The notes under the pieces: generated by a model
What the model was told of the DNA's origin: nothing
What the model saw: only the letters and a program-made list of their open reading frames with translations
The model's database searches: none
In this document: positions 56,757 to 64,000 of the stretch, piece by piece
Layout: the number at the start of each line of letters is the position of its first letter
How positions within the stretch are numbered: the stretch's first letter is position 1
Virus record (IMG/VR): IMGVR_UViG_3300046030_000054
Span: 11,952-75,951 of that record
Origin: a virus
Lineage: Duplodnaviria; Caudoviricetes
Direction: 5' to 3' (one strand)
Length of the DNA: 64,000 nt
Program-made: the position numbers and the translations under genes

Positions 56757-57424
56757 AACGCTTCTGGAACTGGAATCAAGATGGCGATCAGCGTCAGCTA
56801 GCTATTTCTGGGGTAATTGCTCCCGATAGCTGGATTCATGACGATGTTTCGCCACAAGTATTCCAAGATGAACTTAATGAAAGCCAAGGACCAATCGATC
56901 TCTGGCTTAACTCACCCGGTGGCGACTGCACCGCTGCCAGTCAAATCTACACGATGTTGATGAATTATCCAAATGACGTCAACGTCAAAATCTCAGGAAT
57001 TGCGGCTTCGGCAGCTTCAGTCATTGCCATGGCAGGGACGACCGTTTCGATGGCTCCTTCTGCTATGCTGATGATCCACAATCCCTTAACCATTGTTGGT
57101 GGCCAAGAAAAGGATCTCGATCACGCAGCTCAAATGCTAGTGGAAACTAAAGAAGCCATTATCAATGCTTACGAACTGAAAACAAACCTACCCCGCGAGA
57201 AGATTTCAGCCATGATGGATGACGAAACCTGGATGAACGTTAACAAGGCCATCGAGTTAGGCTTTGCTGATGATATGCTAGGTCAAAATAAAGATATCAC
57301 AGATTGTTATTCCTATTCGGATAAGCAATCGGATCTCGTTGTCCTCAATAAACTCAAACGAACAAGCCAAAATACTATCTCTGTAAAGTCGCTACAAAAG
57401 CGGCTTTCTTTGTTATCACACTAA
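56753..57424 (+). CDS. ClpP-like prohead protease
   Basis: Homologue of 16869..17540. Confidence 0.9.
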   Translation: MKRFWNWNQDGDQRQLAISGVIAPDSWIHDDVSPQVFQDELNESQGPIDLWLNSPGGDCTAASQIYTMLMNYPNDVNVKISGIAASAASVIAMAGTTVSMAPSAMLMIHNPLTIVGGQEKDLDHAAQMLVETKEAIINAYELKTNLPREKISAMMDDETWMNVNKAIELGFADDMLGQNKDITDCYSYSDKQSDLVVLNKLKRTSQNTISVKSLQKRLSLLSH

Positions 57425-57445
57425 ATTTCAAGGAGGATTTTCTCT

Positions 57446-58624
57446 ATGACTAAGATTACCGAATTACAAGAAAAACGTGCCCGTATTTGGAAACAAGCTA
57501 AGGATTTTCTCGATGAAAAGCAAAAGCAATCTGATGTACTATCAGCTGAAGATAATGCCAAGTATGAAAAGATGGAACAAGACGTGGTTAATCTCGGGAA
57601 GGAAATCGATCGGCTCCATAAGCAAGCCAAAATTGAAGCAGAACTCAATCAGCCCACTACCACAGCCCTTACTCATACCCCAGCTGCTGGAGAAGTACCT
57701 GACAAACAAACCGGATATGCAAAGGATTTCTGGCAAATGATGCGTGGACACGGCGCAGCTGATGCCTTAAAGGAAGGTGCTGATCCGGATGGTGGCTTTC
57801 TGGTCCCGGACGAATTTGAAAATCAGCTGATTCAAAAATTGCAAGAAGCCAACGTGATGCGCACCATCAGTCACGTCATTCAAACTAATAGCGGTGAACA
57901 CAAAATTCCTGTAGTTGCTAGCGAAGGAACTGCAGCTTGGCTGGATGAAGAAGCCGCCTACACGGAATCCAACACCCAATTCAGTCAAGTATCACTTTCT
58001 GCTCACAAGTTAGGAACCTTAATCAAAGTGTCCGAAGAATTACTCAACGACTCGGCCTTTGATTTAATGTCCTACCTTTCAGGTGAATTTGGTCGCCGGT
58101 TAGGTAATGCCGAAGAACAAGCTTTTCTAACGGGCACTGGCACTAACCAGCCAACTGGGATTCTGACTGATACCAATGGTGCTTCCGCTGGTTCCACCGC
58201 TGCTAAAGCAGACACTCTTACCTTTGATGATTTAATTGACCTCTTCTACTCCCTGAAAGCACCATACCGGCAAAATGCAGTTTTCTTAATGAACGATGAC
58301 ACCGTCAAAGCTATTCGGAAGTTGAAAGATAAGAACGACCAATACATCTGGCAACCATCGGTTCAAGCCGGTCAACCTGACCGGATTTTAAACTGCCCGG
58401 TTTATACCAGTCCATACATGCCAACTCTCGCAGCTGGTAATAAGCCGCTGCTCTTTGGTGACTTCAATTATTACTGGATTGCGGATCGACAGGGACGAAC
58501 CTTCAAACGTCTGAATGAGTTATACGCCGTAACTGGTCAAGTTGGCTTCTTAGGCTCTGAACGAACAGATGCCAAAGTCATTCTCCCTGAAGCAATCAAG
58601 ACGCTCGCAATGGCCGCCAAGTAG
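57446..58624 (+). CDS. Major capsid protein
   Basis: Homologue of 17560..18738. Confidence 0.93.
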   Translation: MTKITELQEKRARIWKQAKDFLDEKQKQSDVLSAEDNAKYEKMEQDVVNLGKEIDRLHKQAKIEAELNQPTTTALTHTPAAGEVPDKQTGYAKDFWQMMRGHGAADALKEGADPDGGFLVPDEFENQLIQKLQEANVMRTISHVIQTNSGEHKIPVVASEGTAAWLDEEAAYTESNTQFSQVSLSAHKLGTLIKVSEELLNDSAFDLMSYLSGEFGRRLGNAEEQAFLTGTGTNQPTGILTDTNGASAGSTAAKADTLTFDDLIDLFYSLKAPYRQNAVFLMNDDTVKAIRKLKDKNDQYIWQPSVQAGQPDRILNCPVYTSPYMPTLAAGNKPLLFGDFNYYWIADRQGRTFKRLNELYAVTGQVGFLGSERTDAKVILPEAIKTLAMAAK

Positions 58625-58640
58625 AAAGGATTGATGAAAT

Positions 58641-58919
58641 GTGGCTGCTATTACTTTGGCCGAAGCAAAAGCCTACCTGAGGGTGGACAACACTGTTGAA
58701 GATGACCTCATCACAAAGTTGATTGGATCGGCAACAGCTACGGTCGAGAATGTGCTTCGCCAACCACTATCAGCGTTTGATCCCCTCCCTGATGATATTC
58801 ATACCGCCATTCTCTATACAGTGGCTTACCTTTATGAATATCGGGAAACAGCTGATTTTGATGCCATGATTAAATTTCTTCGGGCCATCTTGTCCCCTTA
58901 CCGGAAGGAGGAATTTTAA
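58641..58919 (+). CDS. Head-tail connector
   Basis: Protein identical to 18755..19033 despite synonymous changes. Confidence 0.88.
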   Translation: MAAITLAEAKAYLRVDNTVEDDLITKLIGSATATVENVLRQPLSAFDPLPDDIHTAILYTVAYLYEYRETADFDAMIKFLRAILSPYRKEEF

Positions 58920-59302
58920 TGCAACAGCAAAACGAACGTATCAGTAAGATTGCTGATATTGGTGAGCTAGATCGCCGCATTACGCTGACGAAAAAGAAAT
59001 ATGTCGGCGAAAATCCTAATACTGGAATGTCGATGTACAAGGATGTTCGCTTAGGCGATGTGTGGGCAAAAGTTTCTGCTCTGCATGGTCAAGAATATTA
59101 CACGGCGGTATCCGTTAAATTGGAAAAGCAATTGTCCTTTATTATCCGATACCGTGACGACGTTGACGAAGAAACTAACATCTGGTTTGAAGGCCGTGGC
59201 TATAACATTGGTTTTATCGATGACGTCAAATACAACCATGAGTATCTGGAAATTAAGGCCGAGTATTCGAGAGGAGTTGATAATCCAGATGAAGACAACT
59301 AG
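58919..59302 (+). CDS. Head closure protein
   Basis: Homologue of 19033..19416. Confidence 0.82.
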   Translation: MQQQNERISKIADIGELDRRITLTKKKYVGENPNTGMSMYKDVRLGDVWAKVSALHGQEYYTAVSVKLEKQLSFIIRYRDDVDEETNIWFEGRGYNIGFIDDVKYNHEYLEIKAEYSRGVDNPDEDN

Positions 59303-59699
59303 TTTAACCATCATCAATACTTGTTTTGGTGCTGTTGGTGCATTTCTTGGCTGGTTTTTAGGCGGCCTGGATGGCTTTTTGTATGTTCTACTCATTTTCA
59401 TGGTGGCGGACTATATTACCGGTGTGCTCTGCGCAATTAATGAACATAAACTCTCCAGTGAGATCGGTTTTCGCGGGCTTACTCGCAAAGTGCTAATTCT
59501 ACTGTTGGTTGGCATTGCACACTGCCTTGATATTTACCTATTAAAGAATGGTTCAGCAATCCGTACCGCTACTATTTTCTTCTATATCTCTAATGAAGGT
59601 ATTTCTCTATTAGAAAATATAAGCCGTCTGGGGCTACCCGTACCTGATAAATTGAAAAGTGTTCTCCAACAATTGCACGATAAGGACGATAATAACTAA
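59289..59699 (+). CDS. Holin
   Basis: Homologue of 19403..19813. Confidence 0.88.
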   Translation: MKTTSLTIINTCFGAVGAFLGWFLGGLDGFLYVLLIFMVADYITGVLCAINEHKLSSEIGFRGLTRKVLILLLVGIAHCLDIYLLKNGSAIRTATIFFYISNEGISLLENISRLGLPVPDKLKSVLQQLHDKDDNN

Positions 59700-59705
59700 C
59701 TTTTA

Positions 59706-59733
59706 CCTGTGGACTGCGGTCTGCAGGCTTTTT
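59706..59733 (+). terminator. Late-operon terminator, directly after the holin
   Basis: Same hairpin that follows the endolysin in A. Confidence 0.7.
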
Positions 59734-59888
59734 GTTGTTTCTATGGTAAAATATCATCAGGTCTGAAATGGTGGGTCGCTCCCAACATGGAAGGCTTAGT
59801 GATAAGGACATGGTCGCATCACCCTTCAACTATTCCTGATAACGCGAGGTGATGACTATGTTAATTTGGAAAGAATCGAGGACTCGGC

Positions 59889-59984
59889 ATTACTGCCGCC
59901 ATAGTTATCGTGGCAGTCGGCCAGTTGATCATTGACTGCGCCAAAGCCTACGCGATAATAAAAAAAGCCAACCATAACGGTTAG
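59889..59984 (+). CDS. Putative type I toxin-like peptide, copy B
   Basis: ITAAIVIVAVGQLIIDCAKAYAIIKKANHNG*. Confidence 0.65.
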   Translation: MTAAIVIVAVGQLIIDCAKAYAIIKKANHNG

Positions 59985-60050
59985 CTTCATCCTCGATCAT
60001 TCCTGATCACGCTTGAGGGTAACGAGATGCAGCTCGTTGCTCTCTTTTCT
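59960..60050 (-). ncRNA. Putative antisense antitoxin sRNA, copy B
   Basis: Promoter TTGAAA-17-TATCAT at 60057-60085; terminator stem preserved via a G-U pair. Confidence 0.6.
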
Positions 60051-60128
60051 TTTATTATGATAGCTGATCTATCCTGTTTTTTCAACTTTTTAGCTGGCAG
60101 TTTTCTGTCAGCTTTTTTCTTTTACCAT

Positions 60129-60165
60129 GGTTTACTTTTCGACCTCCGCTGGCTTATCAGTGGAG
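60129..60165 (+). promoter_or_regulatory. Bipartite motif copy B3
   Basis: GGTTTACTTT-N10-CTGGCTTATCAGTGGAGG. Confidence 0.62.
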
Positions 60166-60174
60166 GTAATTAAG

Positions 60175-60414
60175 ATGACCAAACAAGTTAAAGAAGTAAC
60201 TCATCAACCACTGACGTCGATCAATACAACAATTTCGCAAAAGCAATTGCTAAATGACTTACATTATCGACAATCCAAACAGATCATCCAACATTTGCTG
60301 GATCAAGGGTTGATTTCGGCTGATCAATTTCAAAAGATTGACCAATTAAACAAGCAGTCCTTTCCACCACTATATAGTCCTGAATGTGTTGCTACATCAA
60401 CGATCCAGAGCTAA
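60175..60414 (+). CDS. SHOCT-like protein
   Basis: Homologue of 21163..21402. Confidence 0.7.
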   Translation: MTKQVKEVTHQPLTSINTTISQKQLLNDLHYRQSKQIIQHLLDQGLISADQFQKIDQLNKQSFPPLYSPECVATSTIQS

Positions 60415-60443
60415 CATACCACACTGACGAAAGGAGGTTTGCC

Positions 60444-62105
60444 ATGTCGACCATTACTAAAATTCAAGGTTATCACAATGATGTCAAGCAACTACGTGTG
60501 GCAGCCTACTGCCGGGTTTCTACTGACAATGTCGAACAGTTGGAAAGTCTGCAAAATCAGCGTGAGCATTATCAGGAGTACATTAGTCACCATCCCAATT
60601 GGCAACTTGCCAAAATCTACTATGATGAAGGCATTTCTGGCACTAAATTAACGAAACGGAATGCTTTAAAAGAATTACTGGGTGATTGTCGCAATCACCG
60701 GATTGACCTGATAGTAACCAAATCCATCAGTCGCTTATCACGAAATACGACTGATTGTTTACAAATTGTCCGTGAATTGCAACAGCTGAACATTCCGATC
60801 ATTTTTGAAAAGGAACATCTTAATACTGGTGCAATGGCGAGTGAACTATTCTTGTCCATTCTCAGTAGTATCGCTCAGGATGAATCGCGCTCCACAGCTG
60901 GCAACTTACGCTGGGCAATTCGGCAGCGCTTTGCCAGTGGTGAATTTAGAGTATCTTCTGCACCTTACGGTTATAAGCTTCGAGATGGCAACTTATTAAT
61001 CTATCCAGCAGAAGCACGGACCGTGAAACATATTTTCCATAAATTTCTGACTGGCACTTCTGCCACGCAAATTGCTAAAGAGCTAAATGGACATCAAGTT
61101 GCTACCCAACGTGGCGGTCACTGGCGCAGTAATACGGTCCTTAACATTCTACGAAACATCAACTACACCGGTGACATGCTGTGCCAGAAAACTTATCGTG
61201 ATGATCAATATCATCGCCATTTCAACCATGGTGAACTAGCCCAATACCTAATTGAAAACCATCATCCAAGTTTGATCAGTCACCAAGCCTTCGATCAAGC
61301 TCAGAAAATAATTAAGGAAAATGCGCAAAAGCGCCACATTGAAGTCGGTACTCACAAGTATCAGCAACATTATCCTTTCTCAGGAAAAATCATCTGTGGA
61401 TATTGCAGTACCACCTTTAAGCGACAAACCAGACCTAATAAAATCTGTTGGGCATGTCAAAAGCACTTAAAGTCTGCAAAGCAATGCCCGATTAAAGCAA
61501 TTAGTGAAGAAAGTTTGGAAGCCGCCTTCTGCAGCATGATGAATAAGTTAATCTTCAGCCAGAAGTTCCTACTGCAACCATTTCTTGAAGAACTACAAAA
61601 TCAAGCTAATAGCAATTCCAATGGTGAATTAGGAAAATTGGCTGAGCAAATCAAAGCTAACGACCATAAGGCCGAAACGCTAACCCGATTGATGCAAACT
61701 GGGCTGCTCGACAAGGCCATTTATGTTAACCAAACGGCCAAACTAGAACAAGACGCTTATCAATGCCGACAAAAGATCAAACTACTGAATAGTCAAAATA
61801 CTAATTCAGCCAACGATTTTGAAGAAGTCAGGTCTTTACTGCGTTGGTGCCAGAAAGGGCAAACGCTAACCAGCTTTAATCCCAACTTATTTCAAACTTT
61901 TGCACAGCAAATCATTGTCAACGATCCGACTGAAGTGATCTTTAAACTCAAATGTGCCTTGGAATTAACTGAAAAACTAACCAAGAAAGCCGCAGTCTAT
62001 CAACAATTCTACCGTGGCATCATTAAGCAACGGTTCAATGAACCAATCAAGCAAGCCGAATATTTGTACAGCATTATCGAAAGTGAAGGTGATTTAATTG
62101 GGTAA
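60444..62105 (+). CDS. Large serine recombinase 1
   Basis: Homologue of 21432..23093; start MSTITK after aaggagg. Confidence 0.92.
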   Translation: MSTITKIQGYHNDVKQLRVAAYCRVSTDNVEQLESLQNQREHYQEYISHHPNWQLAKIYYDEGISGTKLTKRNALKELLGDCRNHRIDLIVTKSISRLSRNTTDCLQIVRELQQLNIPIIFEKEHLNTGAMASELFLSILSSIAQDESRSTAGNLRWAIRQRFASGEFRVSSAPYGYKLRDGNLLIYPAEARTVKHIFHKFLTGTSATQIAKELNGHQVATQRGGHWRSNTVLNILRNINYTGDMLCQKTYRDDQYHRHFNHGELAQYLIENHHPSLISHQAFDQAQKIIKENAQKRHIEVGTHKYQQHYPFSGKIICGYCSTTFKRQTRPNKICWACQKHLKSAKQCPIKAISEESLEAAFCSMMNKLIFSQKFLLQPFLEELQNQANSNSNGELGKLAEQIKANDHKAETLTRLMQTGLLDKAIYVNQTAKLEQDAYQCRQKIKLLNSQNTNSANDFEEVRSLLRWCQKGQTLTSFNPNLFQTFAQQIIVNDPTEVIFKLKCALELTEKLTKKAAVYQQFYRGIIKQRFNEPIKQAEYLYSIIESEGDLIG

Positions 62106-63675
62106 AGTACACATTATCCCAGCCCACCAGCAAAAAGGAAATACTATTCATCAGCGGCGTAGTCAACATCCATTTGACCAACTCCGAGTGGCCGCTTATT
62201 GCCGGGTTTCGACCGACTATGATGAGCAAGCTAGCTCCTACGAAACTCAGGTAGCTCACTACAAAGAGCTAATTCAAAAGAAACCAACCTGGGAATTTGC
62301 AGGTATCTATGCTGATGATGGAATCTCCGGAACCAACACCAAGAAACGGGAACAATTCAATAAAATGATTGCGGCCTGTAAAGCCGGTAAAATTGACTTA
62401 ATTGTCACCAAGTCAATTAGCCGATTTGCTCGAAATACTATTGATTGCCTGAAGTATATCCGGGACTTAAAAGCTATCAATGTGGCGATCTTCTTTGAAA
62501 AGGAAAACATCAACACCATGGACGCCAAGGGTGAAGTTCTGATTACCATCATGGCTTCCCTTGCTCAACAAGAAAGTGAGTCCTTATCACAAAACGTCAA
62601 GATGGGGATTCAGTACCGCTATCAGCAAGGAAAAGTATTCGTGAATCATAATCACTTCCTGGGCTATACCAAGGATGCTCAAGGTAACTTGGTAATTGAA
62701 CCGGAAGAAGCCAAGGTTATTAAACGGATCTTCTATAGCTACTTAAATGGAATGAGCATGAAGCAAATCGCTGATTCACTCAAAGCTGATGGTATTCTGA
62801 CTGGTGGCAAAACAAAAAATTGGCGCTCTAGCAGCGTGGCTAAAATCCTAAAAAATGAAAAATACATTGGTGATGCCCTTTTACAGAAGACTTACACCGT
62901 TGATTTTCTTAATAAAAAACGAGTGAAGAATGAAGGCATCATGCCACAATACTACGTGGAGAATGATCACCCGGCGATTATTCCCAAGTCTGTTTTCATG
63001 CAAGTACAGCAGATCATCAAACAGCGCCGAAATGGTATCACTACTAAGAACGGTAAGCATAGGCGCCTTAACGGTAAATATTGCTTCTCTCAAAAAATAT
63101 TTTGTGGTAAGTGCGGTGATATCATGCAGCGAAACATGTGGTATCGACCAGAGAAAGTAGCAGTCTGGCGCTGCGCCATTCGGATAAGGAGAAGTAAAAC
63201 TGGTCGCCGCTGCATGATTCGAAACGTTAAAGAACCCCTTCTAAAAGAAGCTACTATTGAGGCTTTTAACCAGCTCATTGAAGGGCATGAGTTAGCCAAC
63301 AAACAAATCAAAGCCAACATCATGAAGGTCATCGAGAACTCCAAAGGACCAACACTCGATCAAATCAACCAACAGTTGGAAGAGGTACAGATGAAGCTCA
63401 TCCAGGCTGCCAACCAGCATCAAGACTGCGACGCACTAACCCAGCAAATCATGGACCTGCGGAAGCAAAAAGAAAAAGTCCAAAGTCGTGAAACTGATCA
63501 ACAAGCCAAACTACACAGCCTTGATGAAATTAACAAATTAGTCGAATTGCACAAGTATGGCTTAGTTGACTTTGATGAACAATTGGTTCGTCGCTTGGTA
63601 GAAAAAATCACCATCTTCCAACGCTACATGGAGTTCACGTTCAAAGATGGTGAAGTTATCAGAGTAAATAAATGA
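62098..63675 (+). CDS. Large serine recombinase 2
   Basis: Homologue of 23086..24663. Confidence 0.92.
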   Translation: MGKVHIIPAHQQKGNTIHQRRSQHPFDQLRVAAYCRVSTDYDEQASSYETQVAHYKELIQKKPTWEFAGIYADDGISGTNTKKREQFNKMIAACKAGKIDLIVTKSISRFARNTIDCLKYIRDLKAINVAIFFEKENINTMDAKGEVLITIMASLAQQESESLSQNVKMGIQYRYQQGKVFVNHNHFLGYTKDAQGNLVIEPEEAKVIKRIFYSYLNGMSMKQIADSLKADGILTGGKTKNWRSSSVAKILKNEKYIGDALLQKTYTVDFLNKKRVKNEGIMPQYYVENDHPAIIPKSVFMQVQQIIKQRRNGITTKNGKHRRLNGKYCFSQKIFCGKCGDIMQRNMWYRPEKVAVWRCAIRIRRSKTGRRCMIRNVKEPLLKEATIEAFNQLIEGHELANKQIKANIMKVIENSKGPTLDQINQQLEEVQMKLIQAANQHQDCDALTQQIMDLRKQKEKVQSRETDQQAKLHSLDEINKLVELHKYGLVDFDEQLVRRLVEKITIFQRYMEFTFKDGEVIRVNK

Positions 63676-63698
63676 ATTTTAGGATGTTTGGTACTCAG

Positions 63699-64000
63699 CT
63701 ATTTTGGCTGGGTGCTGTTTTTAGATTGTAGTTTTTTAATTTTGGCAGATTGAATTAAATTATCTTGAATCAGTCGCCAAGTGTTTCTGGAAATTAGTGT
63801 GCGCGTAACCATGAACGCATCAGCTAATTCACTAGCAGTGGCTTGTCCGTGTTGTTCCAGATAGATTAATTTTCCCACTCACGCATTGAGAAACCAGTTG
63901 TGGTCAGCCCTTGCATTAACATCTGGTATGCTTGTTTCTGAATAGCCTGTAGGGTTGCTAAGCTCTCAAACAGGATCTTAGTTTGCCGATGATTTAGCAT
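63699..64000 (-). pseudogene. Frameshifted, 3'-truncated MarR-family regulator
   Basis: MLNHRQTKILFESLATLQAIQKQAYQML..FSMREWE, a frameshift near 63870, then IYLEQHGQATASELADAFMVTRTLISRNTWRLIQDNLIQS running into element sequence. Confidence 0.65.

Larger units (their letters stand above)
28097..64000. mobile_element. Element B: second tail-less phage-like element with left-end defence island (right end outside window)
   Basis: Same core gene order as A, offset ~39.9 kb; starts at the att junction. Confidence 0.8.

Noticed and set aside
1698-63344. Numerous 60-145 aa ORFs overlapping or antisense to core genes (e.g. 1996..2418, 11903..12280, 23977..24411, 39811..40176, 48428..48802)
   Set aside because: They lie wholly within well-supported genes and lack motifs; where A and B diverge, their frames are generally not preserved.
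1-64000. Whole window as a simple duplication or mis-assembly of one prophage
   Set aside because: Extensive synonymous divergence, different cargo, the lysin difference and an att junction show two distinct elements; only the identical tracts need read-level checking.
1-64000. tRNA, rRNA, CRISPR arrays, IS transposases
   Set aside because: None recognised by eye; tRNAscan, CRISPR finder and ISfinder runs would be needed to exclude them formally.

Overview
The window holds two related phage-like integrative elements in tandem. The host is a low-GC Firmicute, probably a lactobacillus (inferred from protein style). Element A runs from <1 to ~28098 and element B from ~28097 to >64000; their cores are offset by ~39.9 kb. 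Each core has a sigma-70-region-4 activator, a replication module (DUF2800 nuclease, DUF2815 SSB, family-A DNA polymerase, P4-type primase-helicase, putative origin, VRR-NUC, SNF2) and an ArpU-like late regulator. Each also has HNH, TerS, MTase, TerL, an HK97-type head (portal, Clp protease, capsid, connector, closure), a holin and a SHOCT gene plus two large serine recombinases. Only A has an endolysin. Neither copy has any tail gene. The A/B junction carries the 3' end of rlmD/rumA (HVESVTVLERTEK*) inside a symmetric serine-recombinase att site. A's right-end cargo is an NAD salvage module (nrtR-pncB-pncA). B's left-end cargo is a 12-kb co-oriented defence cluster: Lamassu/ABC-3C, Xre, type III R-M, ParB-like, SNF2 and a membrane-anchored protein. 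Comparing A with B reveals features absent from the ORF track: a covarying structured RNA leader before the sigma gene, a bipartite promoter-like motif present six times, and a type I toxin-antitoxin-like locus. No rRNA, tRNA or CRISPR array was seen. All family assignments are from motif recognition, not database searches.
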